A DNA stretch of 63,681 bases from NCBI GenBank assembly GCA_031416075.1, contig JANOSY010000054.1, forward strand, positions 1-63,681, given 5' to 3'. The notes below the pieces were generated by a model. That model did not search any database and had not been told where the DNA came from. It saw only the letters and a program-made list of their open reading frames with translations. Positions within the stretch are counted from its first letter, which is position 1. Every line of letters starts with the position of its first letter. Positions 27,789 to 38,304 of this stretch are shown here, piece after piece. The translations under genes were made by a program, and so were the position numbers. Source of the DNA: Candidatus Tenderia sp. Lineage in GTDB: Bacteria > Pseudomonadota > Gammaproteobacteria > Tenderiales > Tenderiaceae.

Positions 27789-28852
27789 ACGAGGTATTGT
27801 CGTTCAACCCAGTTGCGGTAGGCACCGCTGGTGATGTTGTTAACCCATTCTTGGTTATCGAGATACCACTGCACGGTTTTTTTAATACCCGTCTCGAAGG
27901 TCTCGGCAGGACGCCAGCCCAGCTCACGTTCGAGTCTGCGAGCATCGATGGCGTAGCGGCGATCATGGCCGAGACGATCTTTGACGTAGGTGATCTGATC
28001 AGCGTAAGGATGGCCATCACTGCGTGGCTTGAGATCGTCGAGTATGGTGCACAGGGTCTGAACCACATCAAGATTGGGTTTTTCGTTCCAACCACCAACG
28101 TTATAGGTCTCCCCTACTTTGCCCGCTTCAAGCACGCGGCGAATGGCAGAGCAGTGATCTTTTACATAGAGCCAGTCCCGAACCTGTTGACCATCACCAT
28201 AGATAGGCAAGGCTTTACCGGTGAGTGCGTTGTGAATACACAATGGAATCAGCTTTTCAGGAAAATGGTAAGGGCCGTAGTTGTTAGAGCAGTTTGTTGT
28301 CAGCACCGGCAACCCGTAGGTGTGATGATAGGCGCGCACAAGATGGTCGCTGGCAGCTTTGCTGGCTGAGTACGGACTATTAGGTTCATAGCGGTTGGTT
28401 TCGGCAAACGGGGGATCGGTTTTCTCCAGTGAGCCGTAAACCTCATCGGTGGAGACGTGCAAGAACCTAAATGCTGATTTGTCGTTTTCAGCAAGGCCAC
28501 TCCAATAGTTACGTACAGCCTCCAGTAAGTGGAAGGTACCCACTATATTGGTCTGGATAAACTCTTCCGGGCCGTCGATAGAACGATCAACGTGGCTTTC
28601 GGCGGCAAAATTGATCACTGCACGTACGTTGTGTTCGCGCAGCAGGCCTAGTACCAGATCGTAATCACCGATATCGCCTTGAACAAATATGTGGCGTTTA
28701 TCATCCTTAAGCGTTTCGAGATTCTGTAGATTTCCAGCATAGGTGAGTTTGTCGAGATTGATAACCGGCTCATCTAATGATACAAGCCAATCAAGCACAA
28801 AATTAGAACCAATAAACCCGGCTCCGCCGGTGACAAGCACTGTAGTTAACAT
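27785..28852 (-). CDS. rmlB: dTDP-glucose 4,6-dehydratase
   Basis: [41 protein letters not shown]. Confidence 0.97.
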   Translation of the reverse strand: MLTTVLVTGGAGFIGSNFVLDWLVSLDEPVINLDKLTYAGNLQNLETLKDDKRHIFVQGDIGDYDLVLGLLREHNVRAVINFAAESHVDRSIDGPEEFIQTNIVGTFHLLEAVRNYWSGLAENDKSAFRFLHVSTDEVYGSLEKTDPPFAETNRYEPNSPYSASKAASDHLVRAYHHTYGLPVLTTNCSNNYGPYHFPEKLIPLCIHNALTGKALPIYGDGQQVRDWLYVKDHCSAIRRVLEAGKVGETYNVGGWNEKPNLDVVQTLCTILDDLKPRSDGHPYADQITYVKDRLGHDRRYAIDARRLERELGWRPAETFETGIKKTVQWYLDNQEWVNNITSGAYRNWVERQYLV

Positions 28853-28986
28853 CGATCCACTATCCCTATCCACAGCCTATATGTTGGTGATCTACTGGCC
28901 ATTATCTAAATAAAATCTATACGGGGCTAATGTTACCACAAAATCTATAACTCCAAAAAAAACAGAAAGAGATGGCAGACAATGGC

Positions 28987-30444
28987 TTAGCGGCCATAAA
29001 CATCCTCAAACCTGACAATATCATCTTCACCGAGGTAACTGCCGGACTGCACTTCAATGAGTTCCAGTGGAATGGTGCCGGGGTTTTCAAGGCGGTGTTT
29101 AACGCCTATGGGGATGTAGGTGGACTGGTTCTCGGTCAGCAGCAGCTGTTGTTCGCCCGCAGTGACTTTGGCCGTGCCTTTGACTACCACCCAGTGCTCA
29201 GCGCGATGGTGGTGCATCTGCAGCGATAATGCAGCGCCTGGATTAACGGTGATACGTTTCACCTGAAAGCGCTCGCCGCTGTCAATCGCTTCATAACAGC
29301 CCCAAGGGCGGTAGACCTTGCGATGACTCTGGTGCTGTGTGCGGCCATCGGCCTTGATCAGCTCTACCAGTTTTTTTACCTCTTGAGCTTGATCCTTGTG
29401 GGCAACCATCACGGCATCGACCGTCTCAATAACAATCATATCCTCCAGCCCCGCGGTGGCAAGAATGCGGTGTTCGGATATCAACAGGCTGTTTTTGGTG
29501 GCGAGGGTATAGACATCCCCCTTGACTACATTGCCCACCTCATCGTGTGGACTCACCTCCCAAAGACTTGTCCACGAACCAACATCTGACCAGGCGGCAT
29601 TCAGCGGTATCATTGCTCCCTTAATTCCATTGGCACTGTCAGCCTCAGTGGTAACGATCTTCTCCATCACAGCGTAGTCAATAGAGTCGCTGGGGCAATC
29701 ACAGAACAGCTGTTTGTCGACACGATAAAAATCAACATCCTCACTGCCTGCATCAAAAGCAGCTTTACTGGCAGCAGCAATAACCGGTTGATACAGATTA
29801 ATCGCTTTGAGCCAGAGTGAAGCGCGCATCATAAACATACCACTGTTCCAAAGGTATTGCCCTGATTGTAGGTACTGCTCAGCCGTAGTGGTGCCTGGTT
29901 TTTCAACAAAGCGGCCAATGGTAGTGGCATCGCCACTTAATTCTGCCCCCTTCATGATGTAACCGTAACCAATCTCTGGGGAGCAAGGCACTATACCAAA
30001 GGTTACAAGGTAATCATTTTCAGCCAATTGCGCTCCAGCAAACAGGGTTTTCTGAAATGCATCAACATTTTGAATGACATGGTCGGCGGGCATTACCAGT
30101 AGCAACGGGTCTTGTCCGTCTCTGATAGAGGCCAAAGCGGCAAGTGTTAACGCGGGGGCAGTATTGCGGCCAGCAGGCTCAAGAATAATTTTTTCAAACG
30201 AGCAACCAACCTGACGAAGCTGTTCCGCCACAAGAAAACGGTGCTCTTCGTTAGAGACGATAAGGGGGGAGCGCATCTGAATATCTGCCGATTGTTTCTC
30301 CAACCCGTTTAGCCTGAGCAGGGTCTCCTGTAACAAACTATTATTACCGTATAAGGCAATTAGCTGCTTTGGATAGTGCTCTCGAGATAGAGGCCATAAT
30401 CGGGTGCCGGAACCTCCGCTGAGAATAATCGGTTGAATGTTCAT
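28987..30444 (-). CDS. manC: Mannose-1-phosphate guanylyltransferase / mannose-6-phosphate isomerase
   Basis: GGSGTRLWPLSR, FVEKP, WSDVGSW and C-terminal cupin LSLQMHHHRAEHW. Confidence 0.95.
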   Translation of the reverse strand: MNIQPIILSGGSGTRLWPLSREHYPKQLIALYGNNSLLQETLLRLNGLEKQSADIQMRSPLIVSNEEHRFLVAEQLRQVGCSFEKIILEPAGRNTAPALTLAALASIRDGQDPLLLVMPADHVIQNVDAFQKTLFAGAQLAENDYLVTFGIVPCSPEIGYGYIMKGAELSGDATTIGRFVEKPGTTTAEQYLQSGQYLWNSGMFMMRASLWLKAINLYQPVIAAASKAAFDAGSEDVDFYRVDKQLFCDCPSDSIDYAVMEKIVTTEADSANGIKGAMIPLNAAWSDVGSWTSLWEVSPHDEVGNVVKGDVYTLATKNSLLISEHRILATAGLEDMIVIETVDAVMVAHKDQAQEVKKLVELIKADGRTQHQSHRKVYRPWGCYEAIDSGERFQVKRITVNPGAALSLQMHHHRAEHWVVVKGTAKVTAGEQQLLLTENQSTYIPIGVKHRLENPGTIPLELIEVQSGSYLGEDDIVRFEDVYGR

Positions 30445-30489
30445 TTTTGTATCACCCCTACCTTGTATATGAAAACAGTAACTACAAAT

Positions 30490-30519
30490 AAAAAAACGCC
30501 ATGCAATGCATGGCGTTTT
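30490..30519 (-). terminator. Intrinsic terminator after comEA (symmetrical, potentially bidirectional)
   Basis: Perfect inverted repeat AAAACGCCATGCA / TGCATGGCGTTTT, with a T7 tail on the minus strand. Confidence 0.8.
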
Positions 30520-30540
30520 ACAACTATCACCCGCTACTCC

Positions 30541-30822
30541 TTACTTCTTGGCTTTGTCCAGAGAAGATACGGTGACCTGCGGCCTAATTTTCTTAATAGT
30601 AGACTCACCGATACCACTCACCTTGCTTAAATCATCAATGGTTTTATAAGGACCATTTTTTTCGCGATACTTAACAATGGACTCAGCCTTCACCATGCCA
30701 ATACCCGTTACGTTTTTAGCGATTGTTGCCGCATCTGCCGTATTAACATTAACCGGCCCGGCAGCGTATAACGTAAACGTTGCGAATAATAATGTAACAG
30801 CCAAAACCAGATGTTTAATCAT
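30541..30822 (-). CDS. comEA: ComEA-family helix-hairpin-helix DNA-binding protein
   Basis: Signal peptide, VNVNTA, GIG-x-x-KA, YREKNGP, VSGIG. Confidence 0.9.
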   Translation of the reverse strand: MIKHLVLAVTLLFATFTLYAAGPVNVNTADAATIAKNVTGIGMVKAESIVKYREKNGPYKTIDDLSKVSGIGESTIKKIRPQVTVSSLDKAKK

Positions 30823-30896
30823 TCCACTCTCCTTGTTGAAATAACACTGTTATTGTTCAAACTGCAAAAGGAGAATGCCAAGTTAAAATTATTACG

Positions 30897-31604
30897 TCAA
30901 GCGGTGGCATGGGCAATTTGTTGCCAAATTTCGTCAAATGCCAGCAACGGCTTCGGTGCCTGTGTGATAGGCCTGCCAACCACCAGATAATTAGCCCCTG
31001 AATTGATCGCCAATGCCGGTGTCATCACCCGACGCTGATCTCCAACATCACTTCCAAGTGGCCTGACGCCAGGCGTTACAAAAAGTAGTTTTTCAGAAAA
31101 CTGCTTATTCAACATCTTCGTCTCCTGCGCTGAGCACACCACCCCATCCAGACCCGATTCATTTACCAAATGTGCAAGCCGCAACACCAGATCTTCGGGA
31201 TTATCAGGAAAACCTATTTCACTCAGATCGTTAGCTTCCATGCTGGTAAGCACGGTGACCGCTATCAGCAATGTTTGATGGCTATAACTATCCAGTGCGT
31301 TGCGTGCAGCCTCCATCATTCGCCGCCCTCCGAGTGCATGAACATTCACCATCCAAATCCCCAAATCTGCCGCCGCTAAACAGGCGGCAGCCACGGTGTT
31401 GGGTATATCATGAAATTTCAGGTCTAGAAAAAGCTCAAAACCCTTATCCTGCAGCTGCTTTACAATCAACGGGCCTTCACGGGTAAACAGCTCTTTGCCT
31501 ACCTTTAAACGACAACGGGTCGGGTCCAACTGATCTGCCATCGTCAACGCTTCAGTAGCATTGGCATAATCCAGGGCAACAATAATTCGCTTATGATCTA
31601 CCAT
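30897..31604 (-). CDS. pyrF: Orotidine-5'-phosphate decarboxylase
   Basis: [34 protein letters not shown]. Confidence 0.97.
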   Translation of the reverse strand: MVDHKRIIVALDYANATEALTMADQLDPTRCRLKVGKELFTREGPLIVKQLQDKGFELFLDLKFHDIPNTVAAACLAAADLGIWMVNVHALGGRRMMEAARNALDSYSHQTLLIAVTVLTSMEANDLSEIGFPDNPEDLVLRLAHLVNESGLDGVVCSAQETKMLNKQFSEKLLFVTPGVRPLGSDVGDQRRVMTPALAINSGANYLVVGRPITQAPKPLLAFDEIWQQIAHATA

Positions 31605-31721
31605 TATGGGTATTGATACCTAATTAGACCGCCACACCAGAACTGACGACGGGAATAAGACGCACACAATGAGACATTTAAAACACACAATAACTTAACC
31701 CAACAGGCAAGGCCAACCCAC

Positions 31722-32030
31722 TCAACCAATTTTTGGTAAGTTTGCACTGCTACGTAATTGTGATAACTCGCGCTCTGATGCCTTGATAGTTTTTTTAAGA
31801 CGCATAGACTCACGCTTCAGCTTAATAACAATACCCAGCACACCTAATGCGCCCAATAAAACCCCCACCACCATGGCGATAATCAACGCAAATGCCAAAG
31901 GCAAGACAGTACTGCCAAAATAGTAACTAAACTCTACAGGCGTGGAGTTGAGAAGAGAAAAAGCTAATCCTACAATGACCAACACAACTAATAGTGCAGC
32001 GCCAGCGATGTTCAATACCCCTCCTCCCAT
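31722..32030 (-). CDS. lapA: LPS assembly protein A (DUF1049)
   Basis: Two TMs with N-x-x-P-V-x-F-x-Y-Y-x-G and a basic coiled tail; directly after ihfB. Confidence 0.8.
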   Translation of the reverse strand: MGGGVLNIAGAALLVVLVIVGLAFSLLNSTPVEFSYYFGSTVLPLAFALIIAMVVGVLLGALGVLGIVIKLKRESMRLKKTIKASERELSQLRSSANLPKIG

Positions 32031-32054
32031 CTTTCAAGAGCCGTGGACTCAGGA

Positions 32055-32363
32055 TCAGGCCTCAGTAATTTCAACCCGACCAATGCTCTCATTCACACGC
32101 TCCCGCAGCTCTTTTCCAGGTTTAAAGTGAGGAACAAATTTACCCTCTAGAGGCACAGAGTCTCCAGTTTTAGGGTTTCTTCCAGTACGAGGCGGACGAA
32201 AATGCAGGGAAAAGCTGCCAAACCCTCTAATCTCAATCCGTTCTCCGGTAGCAAGATTCTGGGCCATCTGCTCAATCATGATTTTGACGGCAAATTCGAC
32301 ATCTTTATATGTAAGGTGTTTATGACGCTGAGCCAACAAATCTATAAGTTCAGACTTAGTCAT
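32055..32363 (-). CDS. ihfB: Integration host factor subunit beta
   Basis: [37 protein letters not shown]. Confidence 0.97.
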   Translation of the reverse strand: MTKSELIDLLAQRHKHLTYKDVEFAVKIMIEQMAQNLATGERIEIRGFGSFSLHFRPPRTGRNPKTGDSVPLEGKFVPHFKPGKELRERVNESIGRVEITEA

Positions 32364-32454
32364 TTCTTATAATTCTCCACTTTTCCAGGAGTTTGCAACT
32401 CACTGTTAAAGTTAGATATTGACCTATATCAGGTCCTTTGGCAACGGCTTTTAG

Positions 32455-32482
32455 AAAACCGCCCGACCAAACAATCGGGCGG
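32455..32482 (-). terminator. Intrinsic terminator-like hairpin after rpsA
   Basis: CCGCCCGA / TCGGGCGG 8-bp stem followed by TTTT on the minus strand. Confidence 0.65.
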
Positions 32483-32502
32483 CCTGTCAAACAGGGGTAG
32501 AA

Positions 32503-34176
32503 TTAACCCTGTGTTTCCATCTTCTCTTTGATCAGATCACCAAGAGTAGTCGCAGTGCTGGACTTGCTGGCACTGTACTCATTGACAACATCAGCTTCGT
32601 CGTCATTATCTTTGGCTTTGATTGAGAGCATGATTGTGCGGTTTTTGCGATCCACACCGATAAACTTGGCTTCAACCTCATCACCCACTTTCAGTACTGT
32701 ACGAGCATCTTCTACCTGCTCACGAGACAGCTCGGAAGCACGCAGATGACCCTCAACACTGTCAGCCAACTGGATCAATGCCATCTTGGCATCTACTTCA
32801 AGTACTGTGCCTTTTACTATGCTGCCCTTAAGGTTTTCTCCAACATACATAGAGAACGGATCTTGATCGAGCTGCTTAACACCTAGGGAGATGCGCTCAC
32901 GCTCTGGGTCGATAGCCAGGATAACGGCTTCAACCTCATCACCCTTCTTGTACTCGCGCACCGCTTCTTCGCCCGCTTCATTCCAAGAGAGGTCAGAGAG
33001 GTGCAGAAGACCATCAATACTGCCATCCAGACCAACAAACACACCAAAGTCAGTAATAGACTTGATTGTACCGGTGATTTTGTCACCCTTGTTATGGGTA
33101 GCTGCAAAAGCTTCCCACGGATTTGATTGACACTGCTTCATACCCAAGGAGATACGACGACGCTCTTCGTCGATGTCAAGGACCATAACATCCACTTCCT
33201 GTCCAACATGAACAACCTTGGAAGGATGAATATTTTTATTGGTCCAGTCCATTTCAGAGACATGAACCAGCCCTTCAACGCCATTTTCAATCTCAACAAA
33301 ACAGCCGTAATCAGCGATATTGGTCACTTTACCACTCAAGCGACTGCTCACTGGGTAACGACGTGAAATATCTTCCCACGGATCTTCACCCATCTGTTTC
33401 AGGCCCAGGGATACACGGTGACGCTCTTTATCAAACTTCAGAACCTTCACTTCGATCTCATCGCCAACGTTTACAATCTCTGACGGCTGACGTACACGAC
33501 GCCATGCCATATCAGTGATGTGCAGCAGGCCATCGATACCACCCAGATCAATAAATGCGCCGTAGTCAGTAAGGTTTTTGACTATACCTTTAACTACCTG
33601 CCCCTCTTGGAGGTTTTCAAGCAACTGCTGACGCTCAGCGCTGGTTTCGCTCTCAACCACAGCACGGCGGGAGACAACAACATTGTTGCGACGACGATCA
33701 AGCTTAACAACCTTGAACTCCAGGGTCTTACCTTCGAGATGAGCGGCATCACGAACAGGACGTACATCAACCAGTGAACCTGGCAAGAAGGCGCGAATAC
33801 CATTCAATTCAACAGTATAACCACCCTTAACCTTACCGGTAATAATACCGATCACAGTCTCTTTGTCGTTCATCGCCTGCTCAAGCACTACCCATGAATG
33901 GGCACGAACAGCTTTTTCACGGGACATACGGGTTTCACCAAAGCCGTCCTCAACGGACTCAAGTGCAACTTCAATTTCATCGCCAACTTTTACGTCAACC
34001 TGACCTTGTTCGTTATAAAACTGTTCGACAGGAATAGCGCTGTCCGATTTCAGGCCAGCGTTTACAACAACGACATTGTGGTCGACGCTGATAACAGTGG
34101 CTTTAAAGATAGCGCCTGGCTGCATCCGTTCGGATGACAGGCTTTCCTCTAACATTTGTGCAAAGCTTTCGCTCAT
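32503..34176 (-). CDS. rpsA: 30S ribosomal protein S1
   Basis: MSESFAQ start, repeated S1 domains ([28 protein letters not shown]). Confidence 0.98.
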   Translation of the reverse strand: MSESFAQMLEESLSSERMQPGAIFKATVISVDHNVVVVNAGLKSDSAIPVEQFYNEQGQVDVKVGDEIEVALESVEDGFGETRMSREKAVRAHSWVVLEQAMNDKETVIGIITGKVKGGYTVELNGIRAFLPGSLVDVRPVRDAAHLEGKTLEFKVVKLDRRRNNVVVSRRAVVESETSAERQQLLENLQEGQVVKGIVKNLTDYGAFIDLGGIDGLLHITDMAWRRVRQPSEIVNVGDEIEVKVLKFDKERHRVSLGLKQMGEDPWEDISRRYPVSSRLSGKVTNIADYGCFVEIENGVEGLVHVSEMDWTNKNIHPSKVVHVGQEVDVMVLDIDEERRRISLGMKQCQSNPWEAFAATHNKGDKITGTIKSITDFGVFVGLDGSIDGLLHLSDLSWNEAGEEAVREYKKGDEVEAVILAIDPERERISLGVKQLDQDPFSMYVGENLKGSIVKGTVLEVDAKMALIQLADSVEGHLRASELSREQVEDARTVLKVGDEVEAKFIGVDRKNRTIMLSIKAKDNDDEADVVNEYSASKSSTATTLGDLIKEKMETQG

Positions 34177-34325
34177 TCGTGGTTACCTTTTCCCTACCCA
34201 AGCCAATCCTGGGTATCTCTGGAGAGTTGTTAATCCGTTAAAATAACGGAGTTGTATGTATACGGTCTGTAAGCAGACCACCAAAAATCACTACGGGGAC
34301 ACCGGATTAATCCGCATCTTTTTAA

Positions 34326-35015
34326 CTACTGCTCTTTAACACCTTGCCAAAGTTGGCGTATTTGAGTCAGTACCTCTTGAATCCCAAGGGCACTTGAATC
34401 TATCGTCACCGCGTCTGTCGCTGGCTTTAAAGGTGAGACTGCACGTGATCTATCACGCCGGTCACGCTCCGCCAACTCGTCAAAAAGACTATCAATATTA
34501 GCATCGATCCCCTTTTCTCTCAACTGCCGGTAACGCCTGGCAGTACGTTCTTCAAGGCTGGCATCAAGAAAGACCTTCAATTTGGCGTCTGGAAAGATAA
34601 CCGTGCCCATGTCACGCCCATCAGCGATGAGTCCTGGGGGCTGGCAAAAAGCGCGCTGACGCCCCAACAGTGCATCACGAACACTCTGTATAACAGCCAC
34701 TTTAGAGGCGTCGTTACCACACTCCTCGCTTCTAACGAGATTGGCAACCTCTTCCCCTTCCAGCAGAATATTTGTCTCCTGACCCGCAGCATCAGAGACA
34801 AACTGCACATCCAGATGGGCCGCCAGCGTTTGCAAGGCCATTTCATCATCAAAAGGGATGGCGTGACGCCGCGCTGCCAGCGCTACCAGACGATACAGCG
34901 CACCACTATCAAGGAAGTGCCAGCCCAGATCGTTGGCCAGCAGACGGCTGAGCGTCCCTTTGCCTGATCCACTTGGACCATCGATCGTAATGACGGGGGT
35001 AGGGGTATTAGCCAT
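34326..35015 (-). CDS. cmk: Cytidylate kinase
   Basis: [26 protein letters not shown]. Confidence 0.97.
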   Translation of the reverse strand: MANTPTPVITIDGPSGSGKGTLSRLLANDLGWHFLDSGALYRLVALAARRHAIPFDDEMALQTLAAHLDVQFVSDAAGQETNILLEGEEVANLVRSEECGNDASKVAVIQSVRDALLGRQRAFCQPPGLIADGRDMGTVIFPDAKLKVFLDASLEERTARRYRQLREKGIDANIDSLFDELAERDRRDRSRAVSPLKPATDAVTIDSSALGIQEVLTQIRQLWQGVKEQ

Positions 35016-35036
35016 GATTACCTCACACTTACCAAA

Positions 35037-36341
35037 CTATATGCTGATCATCAGGCCGGCCTTTGCTGCCAGCTCAACAAATCCGGGAAATGAGGTGCGA
35101 ACGTTGGCGCATTCGTTGACAGACACCGGGGACGATGACCTGAGCGCCGCCATGGCAAAGGCCATCGCAATGCGATGATCATCATGGCTTTCGATAACCG
35201 CGCCGTTCATAGCACCGCCACGAATGACAATACCGTCCGCTGTCGGTCTGGCATCCACGCCCATCAGGGTTAAACCATCGGCCATCGCCTGAATCCGGTC
35301 ACTCTCTTTCACACGCAGCTCTTCCGCCCCGGTCAGTATCGTTTCACCTTCAGCACAGGCGGCGGCAATAAATAACGCCGGAAACTCATCAATGGCCAGC
35401 GGCACTAAGGCCTCCGGGATACGTATTCCCTTGAGCTTGCTGGAACGCACCCGTATGTCGGCCACCGGCTCCCCTCCAACCAGTCGTTCGTTGAGCAGTT
35501 CCAGATTGCCACCCATCAGGCGTAAAATCTCAATAATGCCGGTACGGGTTGGGTTTACGCCCACATGTTCAAGTACTACATCAGATCCCGGCGCGATAGT
35601 GGCCCCTACCATAAAGAAGGCTGCGGATGAGATATCTGCTGGCACATCGATATCCGTGGCAACCAGTCGCCCTCCGCCCGACAATGAAGCTGTGGCACCC
35701 TTGCGCTCAACTGGGTAACCAAAACCGTTCAACATACGTTCGGTATGGTCGCGGGTCGGTGCGGGTTCAGTCACAGAGGTCACGCCATCAGCATAGAGTC
35801 CTGCCAACAAAATAGAGGACTTTACCTGGGCGCTCGCCATCGGCAAGGTGTAATCAATTGCCTTGAGTTGTGCTCCGGCCATCACCCGCAGCGGCGGCGT
35901 CCCTTTTTCTGTCGACTCAATCACCGCCCCCATCTGGCTTAACGGCTCGGTAACACGGCGCATAGGGCGCTTGGAGAGCGATGCATCACCCACCATCTCC
36001 ACCTCAAAACCTTGCCCCGCCAGGAGCCCTGACATCAGGCGCATGGAGGTGCCTGAGTTACCCAGATCCAGTGCCGTCGCAGGGGGTTTAAGCCCATGCA
36101 TACCCACACCATGAATGACCACCTTACCACCCTCCGGGCCTTCAATATTGACACCCATGGCACGAAACGCCCTTAAGGTGGCCAAGCTGTCATCGCCCTC
36201 AAGAAAGCCGCTCACATGGGTAATACCCTCTGCAAGCGAACCAAGCATGATGGATCGGTGGGAGATGGACTTATCTCCGGGAACTCGGATCCGTCCCAGT
36301 AAGCGGCCACCGGGAGCAATGTTAAATTTTTCGTAATTCAT
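35037..36341 (-). CDS. aroA: EPSP synthase (class II)
   Basis: PGDKSISHR, GNSGT, SAQVKS, RDHTE, RVKESDR, DHRIAM. Confidence 0.97.
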   Translation of the reverse strand: MNYEKFNIAPGGRLLGRIRVPGDKSISHRSIMLGSLAEGITHVSGFLEGDDSLATLRAFRAMGVNIEGPEGGKVVIHGVGMHGLKPPATALDLGNSGTSMRLMSGLLAGQGFEVEMVGDASLSKRPMRRVTEPLSQMGAVIESTEKGTPPLRVMAGAQLKAIDYTLPMASAQVKSSILLAGLYADGVTSVTEPAPTRDHTERMLNGFGYPVERKGATASLSGGGRLVATDIDVPADISSAAFFMVGATIAPGSDVVLEHVGVNPTRTGIIEILRLMGGNLELLNERLVGGEPVADIRVRSSKLKGIRIPEALVPLAIDEFPALFIAAACAEGETILTGAEELRVKESDRIQAMADGLTLMGVDARPTADGIVIRGGAMNGAVIESHDDHRIAMAFAMAALRSSSPVSVNECANVRTSFPGFVELAAKAGLMISI

Positions 36342-36362
36342 TTTAATATCAACAAGTTATAG

Positions 36363-37232
36363 TTAATTTTTAACGTCATTCATGAATTTAATTCGGGCAT
36401 CTCTGGCTCGATTAAAAGAGCGTTCCAACGTCGTGCCATCACCTTTTTGGATGGTTTCACGCAACTGGGCAACAGTTTTACTGTAATCATCTATTGCAGC
36501 AAGAATTGCTGTTTTATTGGCCAGGGCGATATCACGCCACATCACCGGGTCACTGGCTGCAAGCCGGGTAGTATCTCGAAAGCCGCTGCCGGCTGAGTGA
36601 AAGATGGCTTCACTCTCATCCCGATTGATCAGTGTATTCACCAGACTATAGGCCAACAGCTGTGGCAGATGGCTGGTAACCGCCAACGTCTCGTCATGCT
36701 CTGCCACCGCCATCTCATCAACATGGGCACCTGCCTGCTCCCACATGGCCCGAGTTTTTGCCACCGCATCCGGGGCCGACTCAGCCAAGGGGGTCAGAAT
36801 GACACGCCGCCCTTGGTATAGCTCGGCAAATGAGGCGTCAACCCCACTCTTTTCTGTGCCTGCAATGGGGTGGCCAGGGACAAAACCGACAGGCAGTTGG
36901 CCAAAGGCGCGGCGGGCCGCAGCGATAACAGCCCCTTTAGCACTACCAACATCTGTGATCACGGCATCAGCAGCGAGATGGCCAACCATCGAGCTGAAAC
37001 AGGACTCCATCGCCCCAAGGGGAACGGCCACCACCACCATATCTGCACCGCTGACTGCTTCAGCCACACTCTGAGTGAAACGGTCAATAACACCAAGCTC
37101 CCGTGCCTTTTTCAGATGTGCAACATCACGGCCGCACCCTACCACTTCGTGGCAATAGCCCTTCTGTTTCAGAATCCGCGCCAGTGAACCACCGATCAGC
37201 CCTACACCAATGATGGTCAGTCGCTTAATCAT
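36363..37232 (-). CDS. tyrA: Prephenate/arogenate dehydrogenase (stand-alone)
   Basis: GVGLIGGS, DVGS-x-K, HPIAGTE, SHLP, GFRDTTRLA. Confidence 0.93.
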   Translation of the reverse strand: MIKRLTIIGVGLIGGSLARILKQKGYCHEVVGCGRDVAHLKKARELGVIDRFTQSVAEAVSGADMVVVAVPLGAMESCFSSMVGHLAADAVITDVGSAKGAVIAAARRAFGQLPVGFVPGHPIAGTEKSGVDASFAELYQGRRVILTPLAESAPDAVAKTRAMWEQAGAHVDEMAVAEHDETLAVTSHLPQLLAYSLVNTLINRDESEAIFHSAGSGFRDTTRLAASDPVMWRDIALANKTAILAAIDDYSKTVAQLRETIQKGDGTTLERSFNRARDARIKFMNDVKN

Positions 37233-37250
37233 CAGTAACAGTGTCTGTTA

Positions 37251-38267
37251 TCAGAAATCACGGCCAATAACGTGCGCAATGCCACGCAGCTCTACCATCA
37301 AATCACTTAACTGTTCAGGGTTTAAAGCCTGATCAGCATCACACCACGCCTCGGAGGGGCATGGGTGCATCTCAATCAACAAACCATCCGCACCTGCGGC
37401 AATCGCGGCACGTGACAGTGCGGGTACCATCCATGCTTTACCACCGGCGTGACTCGGATCGATGATGACGGGCAGATGGGTTTCACGTTTGATCACGGGG
37501 ATTGCCGTAACGTCGAGCATGTTGCGGTAGGCGGTCTCAAAACTACGGACACCACGTTCACAGAAGATGATGTTGTGGTTACCGTTGGCGGCGATGTACT
37601 CAGCCGACATCAACCACTCAGAGATAGTGGCGGACATACCACGCTTGAGAATAACCGGCGTCTGCACCTTACCCACCTCTTTCAGCAGGTCAAAATTTTG
37701 CATGTTGCGGGTACCAATCTGAATCACATCCACCTTGTGCTCAAGAAAGGTATCGAGCATGCGGACATCCATCAGCTCGGTAACAACGGGCAGGTTATGC
37801 TTTCTGGCGGCGACCTGGAACATCTCCAGCCCCTCAACCCCCACCCCTTGGAAGGCATAGGGGCTAGTGCGCGGCTTAAAGGCACCACCACGCATCAACC
37901 GGCAACCAGCCGCCGCAACACCTGCCGCAGCCTTGGCCATCTGGTCAGGGGTCTCAACCGAGCAGGGGCCACCAATGATCTGAATGGTTTTACCGCCAAT
38001 TGGGATGCCTGCAACGTCGATCACCGTATCTTCATGATGGGAGTCACGGGAGACGATTTTGTAGGGTTTCATCACACGAATGACACTTTCAACAAAGGGA
38101 AAGACTTCAAATGCCTCTTTGTCGACCTTGCTTTCGTCGCCAATAATCCCCACAACGGTACGCTGAATACCACGTGAGACGTGTGACTTCATGCCCATCG
38201 ATGCAATTTTATGTTCCACTACCTGAACATTTTGGTCCGATACATCTGCTCGCAAAATAATAATCAT
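37251..38267 (-). CDS. aroF: DAHP synthase, class I-beta with N-terminal regulatory domain
   Basis: GPCSVE, GGAFKPRTSPYAFQG, QIGTRNMQNF, LKRG, CERG, DPSH; ~70-aa N-terminal extension. Confidence 0.93.
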   Translation of the reverse strand: MIIILRADVSDQNVQVVEHKIASMGMKSHVSRGIQRTVVGIIGDESKVDKEAFEVFPFVESVIRVMKPYKIVSRDSHHEDTVIDVAGIPIGGKTIQIIGGPCSVETPDQMAKAAAGVAAAGCRLMRGGAFKPRTSPYAFQGVGVEGLEMFQVAARKHNLPVVTELMDVRMLDTFLEHKVDVIQIGTRNMQNFDLLKEVGKVQTPVILKRGMSATISEWLMSAEYIAANGNHNIIFCERGVRSFETAYRNMLDVTAIPVIKRETHLPVIIDPSHAGGKAWMVPALSRAAIAAGADGLLIEMHPCPSEAWCDADQALNPEQLSDLMVELRGIAHVIGRDF

Positions 38268-38304
38268 CTTTTCACACTTGCCCTATTATCAAACTTTCTA
38301 AAAT

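Noticed and set aside
31604-31813. Cys-containing 69-aa ORF as a lapB remnant
   Set aside because: It overlaps lapA and has no CxxC rubredoxin spacing or TPR pattern.
37449-38177. 242-aa plus-strand ORF
   Set aside because: Antisense shadow of the DAHP synthase gene; likewise 27797-28369 against rmlB and 18400-19023 against the HAD-gPRT gene.
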